Origin: an uncultured Verrucomicrobiae bacterium
GTDB lineage: Bacteria; Verrucomicrobiota; Verrucomicrobiia; Chthoniobacterales; Terrimicrobiaceae
Assembly (NCBI GenBank): GCA_963706955.1
Contig: CAVPOC010000009.1
Span: 32,001 to 96,000, forward strand
Direction: 5' to 3'
Length of the DNA: 64,000 bases
Below, in pieces: positions 10,582-19,076 of this stretch; the first letter of the stretch is position 1; every line of letters starts with the position of its first letter. A program made the position numbers and the translations under genes. Below the pieces are notes generated by a model, which saw only the letters and a program-made list of their open reading frames with translations, had not been told where the DNA came from and searched no databases.

Positions 10582-12587
10582 CCCTTGCCTGCGACAAGCC
10601 CACGAACTCGAACCGCCTCATCCGATACGAAGGGCGGGTGTGGCGCGATCAGGCGCCACAGAATCCGCATGAGCGGATCGCGATCAGCGACAAAGTGAGC
10701 GGCATTTCGATAAATCGCACCGATCAAGCGCTTGCGACTGGAACCCTCAAAGAAGCGGAACCTCGCCCGGAGCAAACCCGACGATACTTCTTGCGAGAAA
10801 TGCGCAGCAATCCGGCCAACACCTGCAAGGTCGATCAGACAGCTTTGACCATCTAAACCATCGGGTTTGCCCTCTCGAATGCTCAGCGAAATTTGCGAAA
10901 GGCTCACCAAAGTGGCAGTCCCTTGCCAAGTTTTTCCACTCGAATGCACAACGGCGGGCCAATCAACCAAGATCGTCTCCTCGTCGGGTTGACGCGGCCG
11001 CTCGATGCTGGCTTGGACGATTAGCGTCAGCGTGATCAGTTGCCAGGCCGTCCAGAAGAGGAGCGCTACTGCAAAGAACGGGGCGCGATCCGGCGACGAG
11101 CCATTTGTCATTGTGAAAACGATGCCACTGATGATCAATGTGATCAGAAACGCTGCTGGCCCGAGAGTTCGCCAGCAAACCTGCCGGCCCTCGCTTGTCA
11201 CGCTGGAGGTGATCTTCCAGCCAATCTCGCGGCGGGGTGTCGCCAATGTCGCCAGTGCGGTTGGGAGCGCGATGAATGCATTGAAGAGATTGTGTGCCTG
11301 TTTCAGAACCGGGAGAACCACGCCGCGTTGAAACCACCAGTCTGCAGCGCAGATGGTGGCAAAATACGTTATCGGCAGGAGCAAGGCATCCAATGGCGGC
11401 ACTGGTGGAAAGAGGCTGATGGAAAACCATGCGAGAGCTGTAGCGATCGAGTAAAAGACCTGAGCGAGATTCCCGGTGACCCAGTGTGGTGAAAAGAATG
11501 CCCATCGCTGGAATAACGATAACCCGGCGCAGCGGAGCGGTCCTCGCTTGAGGAACAGCATTCGCAGATTTCCATGGCACCATCGCGTCCGCTGCTTGAT
11601 CAGAGCACTTAGATTTGCCGGAGCGACGCCGATCGACAGTGGCTCAGGTAAACAAATTGTCCGCCAGCCGCTCGCAAGTAGAATGACTGAAGTGAAGATG
11701 TCCTCTGTGTCGCATTCCTCAGGAAACCCACCGATACTCTCCAGCGCAGCCCGGCGAATGACAGCGCTCGTCCCGCAGAAGAAGCTCACGCCCCAAGCGT
11801 CGCGGCTGGCTTGGTCGTCATAGTAGAACGCCTGAGCCTCATCCGACATCGCGCGCTCGAGACCCAGATTCCAGCGGAATGGCTCGCAATTAAGATACGA
11901 CTGCGGAGTCTGAACGATGGCGATCTTCGGGTCGGTAAAAAATCCAATCGTCCGGATGAGTATTCCCGGCATCGGGACGAAGTCGGCGTCCAATTGCAGA
12001 ATGAAGGGGGCAGTTGTGTGACGCAATCCGTTGTTTTGATTGCCCGCCTTCTTGCCGCGATTGTCCGCACGTGTGATGTAGCCGATGCCTTCTTGATTGC
12101 AGCGCTCTTTAAGCCAGTGCCTTCGAGTATCATCCAGCACCCAAAGATTCTTATTCGGATAGTCAATGTTCTTCGCTCCTTCGATCGTCTTCTCGAGGAT
12201 CTTCCAATCTTCGCTATAGGTGGTGATCATGATGTCGACCCAGGGAAGAGTGGTCGGGTCCGCTGAACGCAACTCCGCTTCCATGCGATTGGCTTGCGAG
12301 GACCGTTCCGCCTTGCGGCTCTTGATCAGGAGATAAACGCCATGGTCAATACCATTGACCGTCTCCAGAATAAGTAGAAGGACGGAAAGGGCAATGGCGG
12401 CGGGTGCCAACTCGCCGAAGGATAGTACTACGGAATCGAAGCGCCAGATAAGGTATGTGAGCAGAGCGCCGATGCATCCTCCGCTAACGAAGACGCGACA
12501 AATTCCGCGTCGCTCTTTGTTCCCGAAGCACATGCCGGTCACGGCCACACTCGAGACAAGCAGCATGACCGGCAGCCAGATCGTCAT
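10575..12587 (-). CDS. Processive GT2 beta-glucan synthase (cellulose/curdlan/mixed-linkage glucan synthase family)
   Basis: DD, KAGN, DAD, QTP, FFCGT, TED and QRTRW (QxxRW) motifs; multiple TM helices; degenerate PilZ-like C-terminus. Confidence 0.93.
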   Translation of the reverse strand: MTIWLPVMLLVSSVAVTGMCFGNKERRGICRVFVSGGCIGALLTYLIWRFDSVVLSFGELAPAAIALSVLLLILETVNGIDHGVYLLIKSRKAERSSQANRMEAELRSADPTTLPWVDIMITTYSEDWKILEKTIEGAKNIDYPNKNLWVLDDTRRHWLKERCNQEGIGYITRADNRGKKAGNQNNGLRHTTAPFILQLDADFVPMPGILIRTIGFFTDPKIAIVQTPQSYLNCEPFRWNLGLERAMSDEAQAFYYDDQASRDAWGVSFFCGTSAVIRRAALESIGGFPEECDTEDIFTSVILLASGWRTICLPEPLSIGVAPANLSALIKQRTRWCHGNLRMLFLKRGPLRCAGLSLFQRWAFFSPHWVTGNLAQVFYSIATALAWFSISLFPPVPPLDALLLPITYFATICAADWWFQRGVVLPVLKQAHNLFNAFIALPTALATLATPRREIGWKITSSVTSEGRQVCWRTLGPAAFLITLIISGIVFTMTNGSSPDRAPFFAVALLFWTAWQLITLTLIVQASIERPRQPDEETILVDWPAVVHSSGKTWQGTATLVSLSQISLSIREGKPDGLDGQSCLIDLAGVGRIAAHFSQEVSSGLLRARFRFFEGSSRKRLIGAIYRNAAHFVADRDPLMRILWRLIAPHPPFVSDEAVRVRGLVAGKGH

Positions 12588-12599
12588 GGCATCTCGACG

Positions 12600-13850
12600 C
12601 TAGTCGAACAAGATTTGCGCCCTTCGCCCGATTTGCGGCGCGGGACCGTACGCGCGCTGCAGATCCGCCGGCTCAATGGCTACCTTCAAGACAAGTTCAT
12701 CCTTGGCGACAGACCACAAGCGGGCGCCGTTAGCTTGAGCCTGATCCGTCGCTCCCGGCCCCTGAACGAAGACGATCGTTCCTCGAAGAAGCGCCGCACT
12801 CCCGGCAAAGCTTACGCGGACCTCTCCTCCTCGTATGAGTTGCTCGTATTTGCCCTCCGGGAAAGTGGCTTCGACATATGTTCGGGAGAGATCGAGGATT
12901 TCCACCAGCGGGTCCCCCTTGATTACCTCGAAGCCGTTGCTGGCAAACAGAGCGCTCACGACCGCGGCAGATTGCGAATGAACAGTGACCTGCCGCAGTT
13001 GCCCGAGTCGGCTCTTCTCCCGTGCGAGGCGCCCGTTGGCTTCCGCGAGTTCCGCGTCGAGAACTTGCGCGCGGGATCGCAGATGCTGTGACAAGATATC
13101 AATCTCGTCCAGGCGTTGTTGGGTGTAAGGGACGTCCCAGACAGCGTCACCCAGAAAGTATCCCTTTTGCGCAGCTTCTTTGTCGATCAGGCTGCGCGAG
13201 GCCACGCGCGCGGCGGTGCGAGATTCGCTCTCGTCCTCGATAAATGCGCGCCGGTATTCCTCGATGCGAACGGGCGTTTCGACTCCTGCGCGCGCCAGGA
13301 CGGCGAAGCGCTGGAGATCCTGATGGCTCGAGTCTGCGATGATCTGAAGCCTGGCGGCACGATCCATCGTTTCGTCGGTCACCTGTTCATACTTGCGAAT
13401 GTTAATTTCGCGGAGATCGTCCAGACGGGTGGCAAGACGCTCGCGAATGGCTGCGATCTCGTTGCGAATCACCTCCTGTGCAGCCATCTCACGCATCAGT
13501 CGCGACACCTTCGTCGAGAGTTCCGCTTCCAAGCGATCATCGAGCCGGTCGTTGGTGATCGTTCCGATCGCTGCACCCACAGCAAGCGGAGTGCCGATAG
13601 TGAGTCCTTCGACGTGAAAGATGCCCTCGATTGGGGCTCGAACGACGTACTTTGGGGCATTCACGACCCCTTCAAGGCTCGCGTTGCGAAAAGCCTTCAA
13701 GTACAAGAAGAGAAATCCGGTTACGACGAAGGCCAGAAGGATCATGACCCGCACGGATTGCCGCACCAAGCTCCGCGCCGGGCCCGACCGCAACGTCGAA
13801 CCCCATCCCTCGCGAAATTCCGAGGTATGGAGCGTGTTGAGTAGTGCCAT
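12600..13850 (-). CDS. HlyD-family membrane fusion (periplasmic adaptor) protein
   Basis: One N-terminal TM; lipoyl half-motifs VRAPIEG and GFEVIKGDPLVEI flanking a long coiled coil; ends IGRRAQILF; 12 bp upstream of the GT2 gene. Confidence 0.88.
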   Translation of the reverse strand: MALLNTLHTSEFREGWGSTLRSGPARSLVRQSVRVMILLAFVVTGFLFLYLKAFRNASLEGVVNAPKYVVRAPIEGIFHVEGLTIGTPLAVGAAIGTITNDRLDDRLEAELSTKVSRLMREMAAQEVIRNEIAAIRERLATRLDDLREINIRKYEQVTDETMDRAARLQIIADSSHQDLQRFAVLARAGVETPVRIEEYRRAFIEDESESRTAARVASRSLIDKEAAQKGYFLGDAVWDVPYTQQRLDEIDILSQHLRSRAQVLDAELAEANGRLAREKSRLGQLRQVTVHSQSAAVVSALFASNGFEVIKGDPLVEILDLSRTYVEATFPEGKYEQLIRGGEVRVSFAGSAALLRGTIVFVQGPGATDQAQANGARLWSVAKDELVLKVAIEPADLQRAYGPAPQIGRRAQILFD

Positions 13851-14041
13851 AGGGGCGCTAATGTTCGGAAGCTGCCGCGGAACCGAAGTGGGGTCCTGCT
13901 AACGAATGCGAGTTCAGTGCGAACACTCCTTACCCATCCAGGGTGCCTCGATGCGTTCTTCCTGTCGGTGGCGAGGCTCCTTGCAAATCCTGTGAGCGCC
14001 TGCCTCCCACAATCAGTCCGTTTCGGCTTTTCAACAGAGCG

Positions 14042-14070
14042 AGGATGCGCTCGGTTACTGCCAACGTCAA
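14042..14070 (-). promoter_or_regulatory. Putative sigma70-type promoter for the HlyD-GT2 operon
   Basis: Minus strand TTGACG-N17-CATCCT, about 190 nt upstream of the HlyD start. Confidence 0.45.
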
Positions 14071-14181
14071 GAAATTAACGGACGATATGGGCTCCGGGCG
14101 GCTTTAATACCGTGTAGACGGTTTTTGCACCTCGTGTCCTCGAGCGGCTAAGCTCTTGTCGCGCAATAAGCGCAAAATGCT

Positions 14182-14892
14182 TTAGGAATCCTTCGGCGAA
14201 GGCTTCGCCGGGGCATCTCCCGGCGGGGACAGAGTCTTCCGTGAGCCAGGGGAGGATGCGCGGGTTCCCGTATCCTGCAGTTGCATCACAAAGCCCGACA
14301 GCTTCGTGCCGTTGGGTCTAAAGACTTCGGCGACCTGGCGGACTATAGCAAATGGAACGGAATCGCTCAGCCAGAGCGTCCCTTTTTCGACAGTCGGAGC
14401 TGCTCCGAGCGTCCGGAGCGAATAGGTATAGCGGTCGCAGGTGCGGCCGTCGATTTTTTCGGTCTTCTCGAAAGTTACTGCTCCGCGAAAGTCTTTTTCA
14501 GCCTGTCGAATTTGATGCAGAGTTGCGTCGTCCACCTGCATATCCATTCCGCTGGATGACATCGACATCTTCTCGATAAACTTTCCAAAGCTCAGCCCGT
14601 CGCGCTCAAGATTGAAGTCGCGTGACATGATGTAGGTGTTCTTCGATTTGGAATTCTTGCTCGGTTCGATCGGTGTTGTGACCGTGAGTTCAATCACGAC
14701 CTTACCGTCGACATCCCGTTGTCGCTGATAACGGAATGTGGCCTTGGAGCGGGTGCCCGAAGTAAGGGCGTACTCCGACCATGTACTCGGTCTGGTTGCC
14801 TCGAAGTATGATCTCCGCAACTCGGCAGCCGGCGCCAGTGCCAATGAGCCGAGCAGGGCAACAACCAGTCGCAGAAGAGCACTTCGCTTCAT
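14182..14892 (-). CDS. Hypothetical secreted protein
   Basis: Signal peptide MKRSALLRLVVALLGSLALAPAA; beta-rich pattern (KIDGRTCDRY, LWLSDSVPFAIV) reminiscent of DUF3108/DUF4412-like folds. Confidence 0.65.
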   Translation of the reverse strand: MKRSALLRLVVALLGSLALAPAAELRRSYFEATRPSTWSEYALTSGTRSKATFRYQRQRDVDGKVVIELTVTTPIEPSKNSKSKNTYIMSRDFNLERDGLSFGKFIEKMSMSSSGMDMQVDDATLHQIRQAEKDFRGAVTFEKTEKIDGRTCDRYTYSLRTLGAAPTVEKGTLWLSDSVPFAIVRQVAEVFRPNGTKLSGFVMQLQDTGTRASSPGSRKTLSPPGDAPAKPSPKDS

Positions 14893-14908
14893 TTCCTGAA
14901 CCAGACCA

Positions 14909-15898
14909 TCAATTATCAATAGTCGCTGGTTGAAGACATATATGGTCAAGAGCTAACTCACTCGCCGCGACATCCTCGAGCTCGGTGAGACTTTCCACTC
15001 GCGCCAGTCGGTGACGTAGCCGTGGCGCACCAGGCATGCCGTGGGTATATGCCATCAGCCGGGATCGCATCGCTTTCATGGCGGCCCGTTCATCGCGTCT
15101 CCAGGTAATTTCCTGCCAACAATGGTCGCGCATCAGTTGCCACCTTTCCTCTTGCGTTGGTGCGGTCGGAAGGATCCCCGCTGCCAGCGCAGCTCGAATC
15201 TCAGAAAATATCCACGGAGAGGCCATGGCAGCGCGCCCGATCATCAGGCCCGCAACATCCGCTTCGCTCCTGCGTTTTAAGGCGTCTTGGGCGGTGCCAA
15301 TGTCTCCATTGCCGATGACGGGAACTTTTACCGCTGCGGCAACTGCCGCAATCACCGACCAGTCCGCCCGTCCAGAGTATCCTTGCTCTTTGGTCCTGCC
15401 GTGCACAGCGATGCGGCAGATTCCGCATTGTTCCAGGATCGTCGCTGCCTGGACCGCATTGATCGAGCGGTGATCCCATCCAATACGAATTTTTGCCGTC
15501 ACCGGGACGGGATGAACCGCACAGACCACCGCCTGGGCAATGCGGGCCAGGAGGGGACAATCGCGCAGCAACGCAGATCCACCATTCCTGCAGACCACCT
15601 TGTTCACAGGACATCCAAAATTGAGATCCAAAAAATCGGGCTGCACCCATTCGACGACAGCGCGGGCGGCTTCAGCAAGGTGCTCCGGGTCAGCCCCGAA
15701 TAGCTGAACCCCCAGGGGACGCTCCTCTTCTAGGAACTCGAGATAGCGCCTAGTCCGGGCATTTCGATGCAGGATTCCCTCGGCGGAGACGAATTCCGTG
15801 GTGAGGACATTGGCCCCCCTGGCCTTGCAGATGCGGCGGAAGATGGTGTTGGTCACTCCCGCCATCGGCGCAAGAAACAGTGGAAAGTCGGCGAACAT
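14909..15898 (-). CDS. dusB: tRNA-dihydrouridine synthase B
   Basis: LAPMAGVT, DLNFGCP, KIRIGW, HGRT, GNGDI, MIGRAA. Confidence 0.95.
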   Translation of the reverse strand: MFADFPLFLAPMAGVTNTIFRRICKARGANVLTTEFVSAEGILHRNARTRRYLEFLEEERPLGVQLFGADPEHLAEAARAVVEWVQPDFLDLNFGCPVNKVVCRNGGSALLRDCPLLARIAQAVVCAVHPVPVTAKIRIGWDHRSINAVQAATILEQCGICRIAVHGRTKEQGYSGRADWSVIAAVAAAVKVPVIGNGDIGTAQDALKRRSEADVAGLMIGRAAMASPWIFSEIRAALAAGILPTAPTQEERWQLMRDHCWQEITWRRDERAAMKAMRSRLMAYTHGMPGAPRLRHRLARVESLTELEDVAASELALDHICLQPATIDN

Positions 15899-16000
15899 CA
15901 GCCAAGAATCTTTCGGCGCTGGTTCTAGGACCGCAAGGGATTTTTCTTGTTATTGAATCGAGGCTCGACGCCCTCACCGAGCGGCTGCTACGCCAATTCG

Positions 16001-16492
16001 ATGGCATTTTCGACGACTATTTCCTCGGGATCGCGATCGCTTGGCGGGCTGCTGCTTCGCGTCCCGTTCCGAGAGGTATGGCTGTCGGTGGCTCTGCTGT
16101 TGATGGTTGGCGAAAACTATCCTTTCTCGAACTTCCCAATGTATTCCCGGCTAGAAGAGGAAGCCGTTTACTTTGTGGTTTTGAATGGGCGCGGCGAGAT
16201 GCTCCCCTACGTCACGACCTTCCGCTCGCGCTCGACATACGTTCCCAAGGCTTTGAAGGCTGAACGGCGAAAGCTCGAAAATGAAGGCCTGAGTTCTGAT
16301 GCCGCTCTCGCGCAAGCGGGCAGAAATGTTCTTTGGTACCTGATCCAGAGGGCGGAGCCACAGAAACGAGCCGATCTCTTGCGAGATGGCTTGAGACTGA
16401 TTGAAGTGCGAATCTCTGTGGAGGATTCGCGTCTCAAGGAAGACGAGATGCTGGTCGCGGAGATCCTTCCTGGTGCTGATGAAGTTCGATAG
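16001..16492 (+). CDS. Hypothetical membrane-anchored protein with YPFSNFPMYS motif
   Basis: One hydrophobic helix followed by ENYPFSNFPMYS; overlaps the next gene. Confidence 0.6.
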   Translation: MAFSTTISSGSRSLGGLLLRVPFREVWLSVALLLMVGENYPFSNFPMYSRLEEEAVYFVVLNGRGEMLPYVTTFRSRSTYVPKALKAERRKLENEGLSSDAALAQAGRNVLWYLIQRAEPQKRADLLRDGLRLIEVRISVEDSRLKEDEMLVAEILPGADEVR

Positions 16493-17420
16493 TCAAATTG
16501 TTCCGCATTCGAGCTGGGAGATGGTATTCATGCGGATTGCCTTCATCGCAATGGTTTGGCAAAGCGTTCCCTCCTTTTACTATCCCGCTACGCTGTCGCA
16601 TCCGAGTGGTCTGGCACGTTTTCTGGACCTGACCTTTCTCATGAATCCCGAAATACTGGGAACCCTTCGCGGATTGCTGGCCGTCGCGCTCGTCTTCTAC
16701 GCCGCGGGATTTTTGATGTTCGTTTCACTCACTTTCATGACGTTCTTGCTGTCGGCGTGCGGATCGTTCGAAAATTCGCAGGGGGCCATCAACCACACAC
16801 TTCAGCCACTTGCCTTGGTGGCGTTGGCCCAATGGGGCGTGGCCGGATATTCGGTGGTTCGCAATCGGGTGGTCGATAAGCGAGCCTTGTTTCCGATGGC
16901 CACCGCCGAAACGCACCGCCGCCTCGTGCATGCAGCAAAAGTTGCTCTGGTTTCGTGCTACGTCACCTCCGCGATCACCAAGCTGGAGCGCAGTGAAGGT
17001 GAGTGGCTCCAGAGAACGCCAAACCTCGCCGTGGCTATTGCCAAGACCAATACGAAATCCTATCTCAACATCCAGGAACCGGTGGATCACCTTGCCAAGG
17101 CAGTCCCCCAGTTCATCATCGATCACCCAAATGTTACCCGAGTGTTTTTCGGTTTAGGCTTTGCGCTGGAGCTGTTCTCATTTCTAGCCCTGCTGGGTCG
17201 ATGGCCAGCGGTTTTGATTGGAGTAAGCCTGATTCTTATGCACGACATGATCGCTCGCGTTATGGACTTACATTTTGCCATTTTCGAGCGGTTGGCATTA
17301 ATTTTTCTGGTCAACGTTCCGTGGTTGGCAGCGCTTGCCATCGCAGCAATCTGGAACCTGAGCGCGCGGTCGATGCGAGGACGTCCCAGTCAACGCAACG
17401 AGCCGGCGAGCATTTCATAG
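16479..17420 (+). CDS. Polytopic membrane protein, HTTM-like
   Basis: About 7 TM helices; SQGAINH loop, YVTSAITKL and W motifs resembling the HTTM/vitamin K-dependent carboxylase-like family. Confidence 0.6.
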   Translation: MKFDSQIVPHSSWEMVFMRIAFIAMVWQSVPSFYYPATLSHPSGLARFLDLTFLMNPEILGTLRGLLAVALVFYAAGFLMFVSLTFMTFLLSACGSFENSQGAINHTLQPLALVALAQWGVAGYSVVRNRVVDKRALFPMATAETHRRLVHAAKVALVSCYVTSAITKLERSEGEWLQRTPNLAVAIAKTNTKSYLNIQEPVDHLAKAVPQFIIDHPNVTRVFFGLGFALELFSFLALLGRWPAVLIGVSLILMHDMIARVMDLHFAIFERLALIFLVNVPWLAALAIAAIWNLSARSMRGRPSQRNEPASIS

Positions 17421-17881
17421 ACCTCATTCTGGACAGCGGAAAGTTGGTCTAACGAAAGTCGAGGATTCGGCACTACGATCGACTCACCCGTGCCGGCATG
17501 CTCGTAAACGAGCAAGCTTTCATCGCTCGATTCGATTGGACGTAGGATTCGTTTTCGCTCGAGGATCAGCGCGAGAATATAGCGGGCATTTACCGTTGCG
17601 GGTTCCGCCTCTGAGACGAGGCGTCGGAGCAGGTTTTCTGCATCCTCTTTGCGAAGCGGTTCGGAAGGGGGCGGTTGAGGCGCTTCGTACTTCGAACGCC
17701 AGAATGAAAACGGCTGGATGTTTTCGTTTCGTTCCCTCCAGGCCTCTTCGCTGAGATCCTCTCGCCGAAAGCCATCCCCATCACGGAAGAGCAACGTGTA
17801 GAAGCATTCACCCTCTTCGAACGGTTTGCCTGTTCGCGCACAAAATCGCGCACGGGATTTGATTTCCCACTCGCCTTCCAT
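17390..17881 (-). CDS. Conserved hypothetical protein
   Basis: WEIKSR..C..TG.PF, FSFWRS, YILALILERKR; 1 bp downstream of lptG. Confidence 0.7.
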   Translation of the reverse strand: MEGEWEIKSRARFCARTGKPFEEGECFYTLLFRDGDGFRREDLSEEAWRERNENIQPFSFWRSKYEAPQPPPSEPLRKEDAENLLRRLVSEAEPATVNARYILALILERKRILRPIESSDESLLVYEHAGTGESIVVPNPRLSLDQLSAVQNEVYEMLAGSLR

Positions 17882-17882
17882 T

Positions 17883-19013
17883 CTAGCTTGTCCAGGGAAG
17901 TCTCAGCTTGGGAAGCTCGCGGTTGGTCGACCTGAACCAGAGGAGACCCAGACCGATGAGGAAAAAAACCGCCATCGGTGCCCACGTCGCCACCCATGGC
18001 GCGATGCGATTTCCTTTTCCGAGCGCAACGAAGAGGCTACTAAAGAAGACGAGGGAAAAAAACAGCCCGATCGCCAGGGCAACTCCGCCGAGTATCCCTC
18101 GACGGTTATAAACAATTCCAAGCGGAGCCGCGATGAAGACGACGAGCAAGCACACCCACGGCAAGGCCCATCGGTAGTGGAGCTGCGTGCGATACGGCGC
18201 GAGGCGCACTTCCGGAAAGTCCTGGTTGTAGGCAAGGTAATCTTCGAGTTCCGGGACTGAAAGGTAGTCCGGGTTCATGACTGAGCTCGCGATCCTCCAG
18301 GGAGTTTCGCGCCACCCTTGGATCTCAAGGTCGTCCAGCAGTTGCGAGGTCGAAATACGCCCATCAAGCCCAATTTCGACGTAGCGCGCTCTATCCAAGT
18401 TCCAGCTTTGGGTAATCGCATTGTAATGGGCTTCACGGGCATACCATTGTTTAATGATATTTCCCTCCGAATCTTGCTGGACGATCTGCACATCAATCAG
18501 CCGCTGGCTGTCCGCATAGATCTTCCGCATGAACCAGGTGCGTAGATCTTCGCGATTCCGATACAGGTGGCCGGTGAGTCCGACTTCGCTCGTTTTGCCG
18601 CGCTTGATGTCCCTGAGCATACGCTTCTTGATCATCGCGGCATGGGGTGCGCTTTCGTAATTAAAGTACGCGGTAATTGCCACGAGTAGTGCACCGACCA
18701 GCATCAACGGCACCAGGACGCGCGTAACGCTAACACCAGCTCCCAGCATCGAAATGATCTCGTTTGAGCGGGACATCGCCGTAAGCGAATAGAGCAAGGC
18801 AAGTAACGCGCCGATGGGAAGTGACACCACGATGATCTCGGGGATTTGCGATTTGTAGTATTCAGTCAGGATGTCGAACCCGACCTTGCCTTGAAGAAAA
18901 TCCGGAAGATTGTCGCTAAGGTCGAAGATAAACCAGATCGCGATGAAGCCGAGAACGCAATACACGAACGGCAGGAAGAACTTTTGCAGCACGTAGCGGT
19001 CGAGTATCTTCAT
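17883..19013 (-). CDS. lptG: LptF/LptG family LPS export ABC permease
   Basis: MKILDRY start, SRSNEIISMLGAGVS, 3+3 TM helices around a periplasmic beta-jellyroll. Confidence 0.88.
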   Translation of the reverse strand: MKILDRYVLQKFFLPFVYCVLGFIAIWFIFDLSDNLPDFLQGKVGFDILTEYYKSQIPEIIVVSLPIGALLALLYSLTAMSRSNEIISMLGAGVSVTRVLVPLMLVGALLVAITAYFNYESAPHAAMIKKRMLRDIKRGKTSEVGLTGHLYRNREDLRTWFMRKIYADSQRLIDVQIVQQDSEGNIIKQWYAREAHYNAITQSWNLDRARYVEIGLDGRISTSQLLDDLEIQGWRETPWRIASSVMNPDYLSVPELEDYLAYNQDFPEVRLAPYRTQLHYRWALPWVCLLVVFIAAPLGIVYNRRGILGGVALAIGLFFSLVFFSSLFVALGKGNRIAPWVATWAPMAVFFLIGLGLLWFRSTNRELPKLRLPWTS

Positions 19014-19076
19014 CAAGTTAAGCCCTCAATCAGTAATGTTCGCCTTTGATTCCGTCAACAAGCCACCATCTTTCTC

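Noticed and set aside
13969..13985. Sigma-54 promoter TGGC...TTGCA near the glucan operon
   Set aside because: GG-GC spacing is one base too long, and it is on the wrong strand for the operon
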